NCBI GenBank assembly: GCA_965240325.2
Contig: OZ251229.1
Location: 744,001-808,000, forward strand
Source: Rebecca billardiae RCC1528
Lineage: Eukaryota > Protista > Haptophyta
Direction of reading: 5' to 3'
Length of the DNA stretch: 64,000 nt
A model generated the notes under the pieces. It did not search any database and had not been told where the DNA came from. It was given only the letters and a program-made list of their open reading frames with translations. Below are positions 1 to 11,596 of this stretch, piece after piece. Every line of letters starts with the position of its first letter. The stretch's first letter is position 1. A program made the translations under genes and the position numbers.

Positions 1-311
1 CGGTCGCGCCAAGCACGCGCATGCTCTGCGACGTGCTGGCAGCGGGCATAGAGGAGGCGCCCGTCGCGCGCCTCACCGTCTTGGCGACGCGCTGCCTACG
101 TGCTCGGCGTTGCGCGCGGCACCGTTGGCACCCACTGGCGAAGCTGATGCCATGCCTGAGCGCCGCGACCTGCGGCACGGGCACTTTTGACCTGCAGCTA
201 GCGCACGGCGCGGCGAGGCGCCCGGTGGACGAGCTGCGGGGCGTGGGCGCAAAGGATGAGTCGGTGCGCACAGCAACTCAGCAAGAGGCACACAGGCGGC
301 GTGCGCACCAC

Positions 312-1512
312 GCGTGGCTCGCCGCTCGCGCTAGCCGCTGGCCACCAGGCGAGCCGCTCGCCCTGGGCGCATCGGCCCGCCTCCTCGCGCCGCCTGGCGC
401 AGCACGTGCGCACCGGCGGGCGCGCAGGTGACGGTAAGCGTGGCGCGACCGAGGGCGGCTCAGGGCTCATACCGCGCGCGCCGCGCCCACATCCATTTGT
501 CCCCCCGGCGGCGCGCACGGGCGGCGCGCGCGCGGCACGTGGCTCGCCGCTAGCCACCAGGCGAGCCGCTCCCCTGGGCGCATCGGCCCGCCTCCTCGCG
601 CCGCTTGGCGCGCCGCGTGCGCACCGGCGGGCACGCAGGTGACGGTAAGCGTGGCGCGACCGAGGGCGGCTCAGGGCTCACATCGCGCGCGCCGCGCCCA
701 CATCCATTCGTCCCCCCGGCGGCGCGCACGGGCGGCGCGCGCGCGGCACGTGGCTCGCCGCTAGCCACCAGGCGAGCCGCTCCCCTGGGCGCATCGGCCC
801 GCCTCCTCGCGCCGCTTGGCGCGCCGCGTGCGCACCGGCGGGCGCGCAGGTGACGGTAAGCGTGGCGCGACCGAGGGCGGCTCAGGGCTCACATCGCGCG
901 CGCCGCGCCCACATCCATTTGTGCCCGCGGCGGCGCGCACGGGCGGCGGCGCCGCGGCGCGCGCGCGGCACGTGGCTCGCCGCTGGTCACCAGGCGAGCC
1001 GCTCCCCTGGGCGCATCGGCCCGCCTCCTCGCGCCGCTTGGCGCGCCGCGTGCGCACCGGCGGGCGCGCAGGTGACGGTAAGCGTGGCGCGACCGAGGGC
1101 GGCTCAGGGCTCACACCGCGCGCGCCGCGCCCACATCCATTTGTCCCCCCGGCGGCGTGCACGGGCGGCGCGCGAGCGGCACGTGGCTCGCCGCTGGCCA
1201 CCAGGCGAGCCGCTCTCCTGGGCGCATCGGCCCACCTCCTCGCGCCGCGTTGCTCGCCGCGGGCGCACCGGCGGGCGCGCAGGCGACTGTAAGCATGGCG
1301 CGACCGAGGGCGGCTCACCTTGCGCACGCCGCGCTGCCAATTTTTCATTCGTCCTCTTTCCCCCGGCGGCGGCGCGCGGCACGGGCCGCGCAGGCGCACG
1401 ATTAGCCATCGGACCAGCCTATTGCACGCGGCACATTCGCTTGTTCATACGAGCCACGCGCGCGCGGCGTAGCGAGAGCATGCCCCTAGTCGCGGCGCAG
1501 TACCAGCATAGC
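312..1512. repeat. Tandem repeat, ~211-bp unit, ~5 copies, plus unique terminal segment
   Basis: GGTGACGGTAAGCGTGGCGCGACCGAGGGCGGCTCAGGGCTCA recurs at ~428, ~638, ~849 and ~1071, and in degenerate form at ~1282. The overlapping ORFs repeat the same peptides. Confidence 0.9.
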
Positions 1513-1833
1513 CTACCAGCCTACCAGCAGCCTACCAGACTGAGCACGCAGTGTCAGCCCACTGCGGGCGGTGCCAGGCCGCAGGCGGCCGCCCCGGCGC
1601 GGTCGAACCGTCCCGGCTGCCTACTCACTACGTATATATATAGACCAGCAGCCCGTAGTACCACCCCGGCCGCCACCGCGCAGGACGACCGTACACTTTG
1701 ACTCGGCCAGTGTCGGCTCAGCGCAGCCGAGCGGCACGGTGGACGACCGACACGGCAGATTACTGGTCGTCATCACGCATATATGTGCGTGTCAGGCTAT
1801 ATATATATACTACATCAATAATAATATATAGTA

Positions 1834-4108
1834 TTATGGCCCGCGGTGCAGGGCGGAGCGCGCAGCGTGGAGCCCGCACCAGTGGGCCCGAACCACGTTT
1901 CAAAAAGATCTTTGATCAAGAAAAAGGGACGCGGGGGCCGATTTTTAGGGCTGGCGGAGACCGAGTTTCGAATTTTGAGACCCTCTCTACAGGTGCATCA
2001 CGGAGAAAAAAACCGCGCCCACAACATTCCCCTAATCAATCGTGGACGGCCGGGCGTGAGAGTTCACTTCTGTGTGAAGTAGGACGGTTACAAGTCCAAT
2101 ACAAGCGTCAGCTTCTTTGAGGCTATTTTCGCACGTCCATACGGGATCAGCGAAGTAACCAACCGATATATATTGGCTTCGTCGGGGTCGTATTCACTAC
2201 TGATTCATATGCTGTATGGTTCACGCAGGCATAAAATCGCTTCGTCGGAGTCGTATCCACTACTGGAGAACATCATTTGCACCGCTTCGTTTTCATACAT
2301 TATGAACCATATATGCTGTATGGTTCACGCAGGCATAAAATCGCTTCGTCGGGGTCGTATCCAGTATCCACTACTGGAGAACAACATTTGCACCGCTTCG
2401 TTTTCATACATTATAATATATATATGGTTCATGGACTGCTACGGGGTCGAGCAAAATATCATCGATATTCATCAGGCGCACGTGTGCGTATTCATCATCA
2501 GCCTTCGGGAATTGGGAGTAGCTATTGGCCTTTTGCCCTCTGGCGAGCCAGTTGTGCGCACTTTAAGAGCAGGCCTGAGCAGGCTCGAGGCCACTTTTTT
2601 GCCGCTCACGTGGACATGATGCCGAGCACGTCTCACGAGGTGCGCGCGGCGAGTGGCGTCTGGAGCGCGCGGCTGTGGTGGGCCCCGACGGCCGTCGACA
2701 TCGCGTTCGTGCCCCGCTCACTCTGAACTCCGCGCGCCCCCGCCGCCCTATCGATCGATCATCGATGCCTGCGCGCGGAATCGTGCACCGCGCGTGCCGC
2801 CCGCGACCGGCCGCGGCAGGCCCGAGCCGCCCTTTCGGGCTCTCGCAAGCACGGGGGCAGCGGCGCCTGATGGCGGACTGATCGACATCTGAGTCTCCGA
2901 CTTCACCGTGGACGCGCCCCCCTCGTCATGCCTTCCCGGGGTCTCCCACGGAAGACGGACTAACCGAGCAGGCGACGGTACTGTCTGTACGCTGCCGTGA
3001 CACACGGCGCCTGGGCAGCGGGCAGTGGTGGCGGGGTCCCGCGGACGTCAGTCTTCCCCTCGCGCCCTGCTCACCTCGAGTGCGCCGCCACGCGCCTCCG
3101 CACGCGTGTCCCATCGATGCGCAGAGCGGCATGCTTGCATGAAAGTTGAAATGGCTGGGTCATCAGCCCGCGCCGGCAAGTCTGTCTAGCGCTGGACGGA
3201 CGGACATAGGAGGACGAGCAGCGCGGGCGACGGTGGTGCGCGACGCTCCCAGAGCTGGCCGTGCCTCTGCGACGCGTGCCGAGCCTGACCGAGGTGTGTC
3301 ACCCGGTCCACGCGCGGCGCGCGCGAAGGCACCGGTGCTGTGGCTGCTCGGCTCGAATCCGCGGCCTCGCCTCGCACCGCGGCACCGTGCTCCCTGGCTG
3401 TCAGCTCCGCGTGGCCTGGCGTGCACGTAGAGTTGCGCTCATGCGTCGATCACGCCTCGCGCCCGCCTGTCGGCCGTCGCGCAGGCGCTGGTCGAACCCT
3501 ACTCGGACCAGTGCAAATCATCTATCCCGTGGCCGCTGCCGGCGCGCGGTGACGGGACAGCGCGGTCAGCAGCAGGCGCAGCGGCCCGAACGAATCCGCG
3601 GCCCCGCACCGTGCTCCCTGGCTGTCTGCTCCGCGTGGCCTGGCGTGCACGTGGAGTCGCGCTCATGCGTCGATCACGCCTCGTCGCATCCGCCTGTACA
3701 CAATATCGGCGCCGCGGCGGCGGCTGCGACTGGGCCCGCCCGGCCCCGGGCGCCCCGGCGGCCCGGCGCGGCCGAGGCGGCGGCGCGCCGCTGGAGTCTA
3801 CTGCTACAGTTTACTAAGAATAAGAGACGCACACAGCTCAGGCAGGCGAGATTGACGCCCGCCAGCTGTCACCGCCCATGAAGCCGTCGCCGATGGTAGC
3901 GCCGCCGGAAAAAAATCGTTACATCAGTAGTTGTACGGGCATGCCAACCGTGCCATTACTGGTCTCACTCTCAGCCTCAGGTCTGTCCGAATCGGACAAT
4001 AGTGAAATTGAATAGAGTTAGACGACTGCGCGACGGAGGGTGCACCGCCACCGCGGGCCCCGAACTACGTTCGTTCTACGGAAAAGGACCGCGGAACGCG
4101 GTCATTAT
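1834..4108. mobile_element. Dispersed composite repeat, copy 1 (non-coding, putative non-autonomous DNA element)
   Basis: The start (TTATGGCCCGCGGTGCAGGGCGGAGCG...GATCAAGAAAAA), internal blocks 2650-3810 and the end (GCACCGCCACCGCGGGCCCCGAACTACGTTCGTTCTACGGAAAAGGACCGCGGAACGCGGTCAT) all recur in 6475-8229. Confidence 0.7.
2177..2431. repeat. ~104-bp tandem repeat, ~2.5 units
   Basis: GCTTCGTCGGRGTCGTAT at ~2177, 2239 and 2343; ATGCTGTATGGTTCACGCAGGCATAAAATC occurs twice. Confidence 0.85.
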
Positions 4109-4226
4109 ATTACATTAAACGCGGGCGGCTCGGTGATGACGGTCTGACGGACTCGGACGGTCGACTCTGTGGCCTCGATGATACTCTGCGTCGGCTCGCA
4201 GACACTAGACAGATATATGCGCTAAA

Positions 4227-4228
<2 letters not shown>

Positions 4229-4269
<41 letters not shown>
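4229..4269. repeat. (TA)n microsatellite
   Basis: Direct reading. Confidence 0.95.
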
Positions 4270-4272
<3 letters not shown>

Positions 4273-4696
4273 CAGCAGTAGGCAGCTGTTACTCTCGGAG
4301 ATGCGCGCCCCGTGCTATCCCGTATCCGGTACGCGGGCTGCGCTGCGTCGTCAGACGAACGATGATCGCTCGATGCTGATGATGCATGTTGCGCGCTGTC
4401 ATACTGCGCTAGCTTATGGCCGCTGGCGGGCCCGCTGGAGGCGCGGGGCGGCCCGAGCGCCGCCGCCGGCCGAGCCGCGGGCCCGCCACCCGCGGCACGG
4501 CCGCCGGCGGGGCCCCCGCCGTCAGTCACTAGTGAGTCAGGCACGGCGCCTCGGGCGGCGGCGGCGTAGCGCCGCCCGCGGACTGACAGCAAGTGACGAC
4601 ACGCGACTCCGACAGCCAAAGCACGTATAACTATAATAATATTACTATCGTCTGGCAGTCGATCTGGTAGGTACACTGATAGGCTGGTCTTCAGCT

Positions 4697-5080
4697 AGCT
4701 ATGCTGGTGCTGCGCCGTGCGGGCGGCGTGAAGCCGGGGGCGTGCTCTCGCTCCGCTGCGCGCGCGTGGCTCGCCAGTGGAAAAGCGCGAATGCGCTGCG
4801 TGCGATAGTCGGTTCCGATGGTCAACCGCGCGCCCTGGCGGCCCGTACCGCGCGCCGCCGCCGGGTAGACAAACGGGGGCGCGGCGCGCGCACGGCGAGC
4901 CGCCCTCGGTCGCGACATGCTTACAGTGTCGTCGCCTGTGCGCCCACCGGTGTGTACGCGGCGAGCCGTGCGGCGCGAGGAGGTGGGTCGATGCGCCGAT
5001 CAGGGCCAGCGGCTCGCCTGGTAGGCAGCGGCAGGCAGCGGCGAGCCACGAGCCACGCGTGCGCCGCTCGTGCACGCCAT
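4697..5080 (-). repeat. Inverted, diverged copy of 1150-1512 (last repeat unit plus terminus)
   Basis: The reverse complement matches e.g. GACTGTAAGCATGGCGCGACCGAGGGCGGCTC (~1284) and ...GCGCAGTACCAGCATAGC (~1495-1512). Confidence 0.85.
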
Positions 5081-5440
5081 GGCATGCCCAACGGCGCAGG
5101 CTTGAAGCGGCATGGCGCGCGCCCATGATGGCCCCACCTCGAGGATCGACCAGGTCAGGCACGGCGCGTTGCCCGGTGCGAGTCCGCCTGGTGCAAGTCC
5201 TCGCCCGCCTGGTGCGAGTCGTCGTCGTCTCGTCGAGCTGAGCCGAGCACCGTCGGAGGGAGGGCGGACACGCGCTGTGTGAACCGGGCAGAGCTTGCAG
5301 GAACCGCTGCGAAGCGGAGGCGAGGTGGCGAGCAAGCATCGTCACTGCGCGCAAGTCTCTGGAGCCGGCGAAGTTCTATCCTCGAGGATCCGCTGAGACA
5401 TGGTTTTCCTCCAAGTCCCGCGCCGATCCTCGAGGATACA

Positions 5441-5530
5441 GTTTACTATGTTTTAACGTGCACACTTGGTTAAGGCGTGATTGACGCCATCCAACACTGC
5501 ACAAAGACACCGCCACAAAACAGACCGGTA
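5441..5530. repeat. Short dispersed repeat; uninterrupted version of the repeat at 43563-44150
   Basis: GTGCACACTTGGTTAA..GGCGTGATTGACGCCATCC..AACACTGC|ACAAAGACACCGCCACAAAACAGACCGG. Its reverse complement is split by an insertion at 43596-44069. Confidence 0.85.
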
Positions 5531-5696
5531 CGTCTGCCCGCCCCTTCTCTCTCCTCTGAGAGTTTCGGGACCGCGGATTTTCATCGTCGCGTGATGATTT
5601 TCGTCATGCACAAGCGCTCGCGCGTGAACGGGCGGCGGCCATTGAACGTCGCGCCGCGGTACGACTACTTCGCGACGCGGCGTGGGCAACGGCAAG

Positions 5697-5966
5697 ATGA
5701 AGGTCACGGTGAAGCGCTGGGGTGCCGTGGCGAGCTGGACCTGGACCGCAGAGGACGACGTGTGCGGCATCTGCCATACTGCACTCGATGGCTGCGCTCC
5801 AGGTGCTCCTGGTCCGGGCGATGACTCGCCCGTCGTGTGGGGGAGATGTGCGCACAACTTCCACTTGCAATGCATCTCGACCTGGTTGCAATCCAAGAAC
5901 ACGTGCCCGATGTGCCGTAATACGTGGGAATTCGCTCCATCCGCGCCGCCGCCCAACGCCAACTGA
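5697..5966 (+). CDS. APC11: Anaphase-promoting complex subunit 11 (RING-H2)
   Basis: MKVTVKRWGAVASWTW..DDVCGIC...DGC..PGDDSPVVWGRCAHNFHLQCISTWL..CPMCR..WEF is the APC11 signature. ATG at 5697. Confidence 0.93.
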   Translation: MKVTVKRWGAVASWTWTAEDDVCGICHTALDGCAPGAPGPGDDSPVVWGRCAHNFHLQCISTWLQSKNTCPMCRNTWEFAPSAPPPNAN

Positions 5967-6474
5967 GTAGCCCCTATTGCATGGTGCTCACTATTTCATC
6001 TGCGCAGCATGCCATGTTAGGTGGGCACAGCTTTGAGGACCGCCAGGTCGAGTACCCCGACAACGAGCACTGAGCAGCTTGGCGTGCTGCTATCTCCTGC
6101 GTATCGATGGCATTGGCATCGAGGCCGCGTGCAGCAACGGCAGGCAAGTAGTCTGGGCAGTGAGGCTGTTGAGCCATCTAGCCCGGGCGCCATCAATGCC
6201 GCGCTGGTACTGATTCGTGAGATTCGTCCGAGGCCGAGTGCGGCGAGCCAGTTACGACTGATGCTACTCAGGCTCCGTCGGCGACGGTCGTCCAGGACAG
6301 CCTGGGGCTGAAAGCTGACACTGCTTAGCTTGAGTAGCAGTCTACTTAACAGCCTACTGTGGCCGATCCGCCACCTTTGTGATTGTCCTTTTCCGCCGCC
6401 AAGCCGTGCGGCCAGGCGGGGTCGGAGCAGTTGGCAGAATTATTCGGCGAATACGATACGTATCATTGTATGCG

Positions 6475-6825
6475 TTATGGCCCGCGGTGCAGGGCGGAGC
6501 GCGCAGCGTGGAGCCCGCACCAGCGGGCCCGAACCACGTTTCAAAAAGATCTTTGATCAAGAAAAAAGGGACGGGGGGCGATTTTTTTGGGCTGGAGGAG
6601 ACCGAGTTTCGATTTTGAGACTCCCTTACAGGTGCATTAGCGTCGAAAAAGGGCGCGTCCGCCGTCTTGAATAGTGAACAGAGGAATCAACGAAACCCAC
6701 GCCCAAGTGCGCCAGGCAGGGTAATTGTGGGTAGCCTCTCGTTCATGTGTGACCATAGTAATAAATAAATATGGCCTCGCCGCCGCAACGACTCTCATCG
6801 TATTTATCTTCACCGCGGGCCATAA
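6475..6825. mobile_element. MITE-like unit with perfect 15-bp inverted ends
   Basis: TTATGGCCCGCGGTG (6475-6489) and CACCGCGGGCCATAA (6811-6825). Can be read as a 12-bp TIR with a TA target duplication. Confidence 0.6.
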
Positions 6826-8229
6826 TGTATCGTAGTACCCGCGTATGCCGAAAGCTGGGATTGCAGAGGAAGCGGGTCGCGTATGACCGGACTCTTTTAG
6901 TTTGCCTCCGCCTTGATGAATATGAACTTGGCTTCGCGGCGGTTGGTATCTAGAGTCTAAAACCCGCAAGCCTTATTGAAAATACCCGCGCAGCTATTCG
7001 TTGCCAGCCCATTCCATAGTCACTGACTTACCGAGCTGGCGAGCTCAAAACCTGCCGCCGTCGCAAGGACGACGTGTGCAGGTTTCTTCGTTCGGGGGTG
7101 GCGAGCGAGCCGCGACGACTCTTGGTTGGTCCGCAAGGGGGCGCTCGATGGGCAGGTGCGCGTCCGGCGAGTGCCGAGTGGCGCCTGGAGCGCGCGTCTG
7201 CGGCGGGTCCCGACGGCCGTCGACATCGCGTTCGTGCCCGCTCACTAGTCACTCCGCACGCCCCTGCCGCGCCCTGTCGATGCCTGCGCGGCCGGCCGCG
7301 CGGCCGTGCCGCCGCCGCCGCAGCCGCCGCCCTGTGTTCGGGCTCTCGCAAGCTCGGGGGCAGCGGCGCATGATGCCGGACTGATCGATCTCTGAGTCTC
7401 CGACTTCACCACACGCCCCCCTTGCCATGCCTCTCCGCCAGGGTCTCCCAGAACTCTTCTTCAGAGCAGGCGCAAGTCGAACGTTCGGAACTGGCCGCGG
7501 CCCCGCGCGCCGTCGGCTCCCCGTGGCTGTCAGCTCCGCGTGGCCTGGGCGCCTGGCGTGCCCAGAGCTGGCCGTGCCTCTGCGACGCGTGCCGAGCCTG
7601 ACCGAGGTGTGTCACCCCGTGCACGCGCGGCGCGCGCAAGCACCGGTGCTGCATGGCTGCTCGCACCGTGCTCCCTGGCTCGCGGTCAGTCAGCTCGGCC
7701 GCGTGGTGCCTGGTGTGCACGTAGAGTCGCGCTCATGCGTCGCTCACGCCTCGCGCCCGCCTGTCGGCCGTCGCGCAGGCGCGCAGGTCGAACCCTACTG
7801 ACCTGCAGATCATCTACTCCTGCGCTGCTGGCGTCGCGGCGACGACGGTCAGCGGCAGGCCCGAACGAACGGTCGAATCCGCGCGGTCCCGCGCCGTCCG
7901 GCTCCCTGGCTGTCAGTCAGCTCCGCCGGTGGCCTGGCGTGCAAGAGTCGCGCTCGTGCGTCGATCACGCCGAGTCGCATCCGCCTGTCGGCCGTCGCGC
8001 ACGCGCAGGGGGTCAGGTAAGGGCCGTCTGTGATGTCTGATGAGGGCAGCTCGGCCGACGACCGACAGTCCACACTCGGCGCACGCCGGCGGCGGCGCGG
8101 CGCTGGGCGGCGCGCCGCTGGATGGAGTCTAGTTACACGTGTACGGGACGACTGCGACGGAGGGTGCACCGCCACCGCGGGCCCCGAACTACGTTCGTTC
8201 TACGGAAAAGGACCGCGGAACGCGGTCAT
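6475..8229. mobile_element. Dispersed composite repeat, copy 2
   Basis: Shares the start, internal blocks (7170-8000) and end with 1834-4108. Confidence 0.7.
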
Positions 8230-8637
8230 ATTTTCAGCAGACGAATAATATAATAATATATAACTACAATAACAGGGTCGGGTGTTTTTTTAAATAATTA
8301 TTATTTTATATTTCGTAGCTACTAGCTAAGTAACTTTTTCAGTGTATGGCGGGCGTCGTTTTACTTTTATTGACGCATCAGGAAGGGCGAAGTAATAAGA
8401 AGTTGAAGTTATATTCCGCGCTGACGCGTCGGCGCGGCACTGGACCTGGTGCCCCATGCGGGGACTATAAGTATCAAGGGTGAACCGTGAAGGAGTCCTC
8501 AAGTCCGCCGTGCCCGGAGCGGCCGGAGCCGCGAGGCCGAGCGCTGCGGCTGCTGCGCGACACCGGCGATAATACGTTCCGGCAGACAGCAGACGTATTC
8601 GACTCTATCACTATTAGACTACGACTGTAGGTTAGAC

Positions 8638-9807
8638 TTAGAGTCTCGTCAGCAATAAGTCGGGCGGCGGGTATGGGTAACCCAGGCACGCGTAGTCTTG
8701 CCGGTAGTGGTGTGCAAGCTCGCGGAGCAGCTCGCGTTTTGCGTGCGCGGGCACGTCGCCACTGCTGCCCTCGCTGAGTGCGCGCGTCGCTCGCCACGGC
8801 CAAAATCCATGCTTCATACTGTGCACAGCCTTTGCGCTGGCTGCACCCTTGCCCTTCGCAGGTTTGGCGCGCAGCTGCAGCGTGCCGGCGACACCGCCTT
8901 GGTCCACGTTCTGAGCTCGCTCGAGCGACTGCCTGGGGCTGCCGTCGGGCGAGAGCAGATCGCCGTACGTCCTCTCGAACGCGCGCACGCCCTTCTCGAG
9001 CGCCTCCAGCCTGACTACCCGCTCCAGCTGCCACGGGTACAGCGCCAGAAAAAAGGCCTGAGAGAAGGCGTGCATCAGCTCGAGGCCGAACCGCGGGGTG
9101 ACGATGCGGCCGAGCGAGGCGACGACGTGCACGTGCATGCCGCGGGTGAGCCAGTGCACGTAGCCGGCGAGCGCTGCCGTCGCGTTCGTCTCGTGCAGCC
9201 AGTGCGGGCACGCGCGCGCACGCACTCGCCACGGGTCCGGCCGTTTGCGCAGTGCGGGCCATTGCGCAACTTGGTCGATGCAAATGAGCTTCAGACGGTC
9301 GCGCAGCGTGCCGTACGCCGAGAGCGCGCGTGCGAGGGGCTCGCGCACGATGGCGAAGGCAGGCGCCGGCTGCCCGCGCGCGGCCCGCCGGCCGAGTCCG
9401 TTGCGCATCATATGGACAACCTTTTCTGTTGGCTCGGGGAAGGTGTTGAGTGCGCGCTTGAACGTGGTCGAGCCTGCCTTGGGCACCTCGACCCATGTGA
9501 CGCCGGATCCGGCTATCGTCGTGCGCAGGGCGCGGCCGTATGGCTTGAAGAGGAGGCCCACCTTGGGCACAAGCGCGGCGCGCGGAATCGCGTCCTCCAC
9601 CACCGCCATGTCGAATGGGTGCTCCTTGATGCTCAGGTTGAAGGGCGCGAAGAAGTGGCGGCAGCCCTCGCGCATGCGAGGGTCGCCTGTGATGCCGTCG
9701 ATCGCATTGGCGCCATACACGGCGGCCTCTTCCGCGGCCGCGCCGTCGCGCCCCGCGCACGCACACAGGAGGAGCAGCACCGAGCGGCGCGCGCCGTCGC
9801 CGGCCAT
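8638..9807 (-). CDS. Carbohydrate sulfotransferase-like (Sulfotransfer_2 family), secretory
   Basis: Hydrophobic N-terminus; 5'-PSB-like WVEVPKAGSTT; 3'-PB-like FAIVREPLARALSAY; C-terminal YRQDYACLGY. Confidence 0.85.
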   Translation of the reverse strand: MAGDGARRSVLLLLCACAGRDGAAAEEAAVYGANAIDGITGDPRMREGCRHFFAPFNLSIKEHPFDMAVVEDAIPRAALVPKVGLLFKPYGRALRTTIAGSGVTWVEVPKAGSTTFKRALNTFPEPTEKVVHMMRNGLGRRAARGQPAPAFAIVREPLARALSAYGTLRDRLKLICIDQVAQWPALRKRPDPWRVRARACPHWLHETNATAALAGYVHWLTRGMHVHVVASLGRIVTPRFGLELMHAFSQAFFLALYPWQLERVVRLEALEKGVRAFERTYGDLLSPDGSPRQSLERAQNVDQGGVAGTLQLRAKPAKGKGAASAKAVHSMKHGFWPWRATRALSEGSSGDVPAHAKRELLRELAHHYRQDYACLGYPYPPPDLLLTRL

Positions 9808-10012
9808 CGACACGATTCTAGCGCGATTTCTCGTTGGCTGCGCCGCAAGTTTTTTCCGCCTGTGCCGTGCGGCTTGACCGCTTGCCGTGGCTGATGAGCG
9901 GCCGCCCGGCCGCGCTGGCGAGGCACGCGCCTCGCGCGGCGAGCCGACACAGAAGCTCGTGCGCGGCCTGCCACTCATCAACACCGCGGCACGGCCGTCC
10001 GAGTGCAAAGGC

Positions 10013-11596
10013 ATGTTCCCCAACTCGCGCGCCTCTTCGTTCCACAAGTCGATCCCTGCGTGGGAGGCGATCCAGGCTGATGACCCCAGCCGCCTCAGCG
10101 ACATCACCTTCGACCCCAAGGCCACGCGCGGCGGCGAGCAGACGATGCTGCACTACGCGTGCGAGCACGACTCGCACAAGTGCGTCGCGTGGATCTGCTC
10201 CAAGCCGGGCGTGGACGTGAACGTGGAGGACGCTCAGCTGCGCACGCCACTTCTGATTGCGTGCGAGAACCTCGCGCTCAAGTCGCTCGACGTCCTGCTC
10301 GGCGTCGCGAGTGTCGACGTGACGGCGGCCAACAAGCAGGAGATGGGTGCGCTCCACCACGTGTGCGCATCTGATGAGGGGCTCGAGGCGGTGCGCAAGC
10401 TGCTCGACCGCGGGCTGGACGGCTCGGCGGCCTCGTCCGATGGGCTCACGCCGCTGCACGTCGCCGTGCTCCACGACGCCGTCGCCGTCGCGGCGCTGCT
10501 CATCGACCGCGGGCACGCCGGCTGGAAGACCAAGGCCGACGGCAGCGCTGACGCGAGCGGCGGCGCGCGGCGCGCGGCCACCACCGGCCGCGGCGCGGCG
10601 CCGCTGCTGCCGCTCGCGCTGGTGAAGAACGCGACGCGCTGCGCGGAGCTGCTCATCGACCGCGGCGCGCCCATCGACGCCGTCGACACGGAGGGCCGCA
10701 CCGCCCTCCACCTCGCCGTCAAGGAGGGCGCGCCGTGCCTGCCCGCACTGCTCCGGCGCGGGGAGATCCCGATTGACGCGGCCGACCGCGCGCGCCGCAC
10801 GGCGCTGCACTACGCCGTGGCGACGGGTTCGGTCGAGCGCGCGTCGCTGCTGCTGCAGCACGGCGCGGACATCGACGCCGCCGACGCGACGGGCATGAGC
10901 GCGCTGCACGTCGCGTGCTGCACGGGCGAGGCGGAGATCGCCCGGCTGCTGCTCGGGAAGGGCGCCACGGTCGAGGCGACCGACCGCGCGGGCAACACGC
11001 CGCTGCACTGGGCGTGCCAGCGCGGCTCGGCGGCGTGCGTCGAGCTGCTGCTCGAGGCGCAGGCCGACGCGGGCGCGGCGAATGTGGCGGGTCTAACCGC
11101 CGCGCAGCTCACCGAGGCCGCCGACGTCGCCGCCGCCTTCGCCAAGTTTGGGGTGGCTACCGCCACGAGGCCGGGCGCTGTCGCCGAGCCGACGACAGCG
11201 ACCGCCTCGGCTGCCGCGGCGCTCAAGCGCGGGCGCGCAGACGTGGCGTGCGACGCGCTCATCGACGCGTGGAACGCCGCCGACGCGGACGCGCTCGCCT
11301 CGCTCTTCGCCGAGGGCGGCTCGCTCGCCGGGCTCGACGCGCGCGTCGCGGTCGGCCGCGCCGCCGTGCGCTCCACTTGCGCGAGCGTGTTTGCCAACAA
11401 CTCGAGCCGCATCACGGTGCACGCGCGCCACACGTCCGCGGCCACGGGGACCGTGTGCGTCGAGGGCCGGCTTGCCGTCGACCGCGCCGCGGCCAAGCGC
11501 GGCGCCACCGCGCACGATTGCGCGCTCGTCGCGACCGTGGGCAGCGACGGGCTGCTCGTCAAGGTGACGCTGTACCGCACCGACCACCTTGCATGA
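10013..11596 (+). CDS. Ankyrin-repeat protein with C-terminal SnoaL/NTF2-like domain
   Basis: About 9 ankyrin repeats (GLTPLHVA, GRTALHLA, RRTALHYA, GMSALHVA, GNTPLHWA), then DALIDAWNAADADALASLFAEGG...GRAAVR...GLLVKVTLY. Confidence 0.88.
   Translation: MFPNSRASSFHKSIPAWEAIQADDPSRLSDITFDPKATRGGEQTMLHYACEHDSHKCVAWICSKPGVDVNVEDAQLRTPLLIACENLALKSLDVLLGVASVDVTAANKQEMGALHHVCASDEGLEAVRKLLDRGLDGSAASSDGLTPLHVAVLHDAVAVAALLIDRGHAGWKTKADGSADASGGARRAATTGRGAAPLLPLALVKNATRCAELLIDRGAPIDAVDTEGRTALHLAVKEGAPCLPALLRRGEIPIDAADRARRTALHYAVATGSVERASLLLQHGADIDAADATGMSALHVACCTGEAEIARLLLGKGATVEATDRAGNTPLHWACQRGSAACVELLLEAQADAGAANVAGLTAAQLTEAADVAAAFAKFGVATATRPGAVAEPTTATASAAAALKRGRADVACDALIDAWNAADADALASLFAEGGSLAGLDARVAVGRAAVRSTCASVFANNSSRITVHARHTSAATGTVCVEGRLAVDRAAAKRGATAHDCALVATVGSDGLLVKVTLYRTDHLA

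Noticed and set aside
312-1512. CRISPR array or coding repeat
   Set aside because: Whole ~211-bp units repeat with no unique spacers and no cas genes; the ORFs are low-complexity products of GC-rich DNA.
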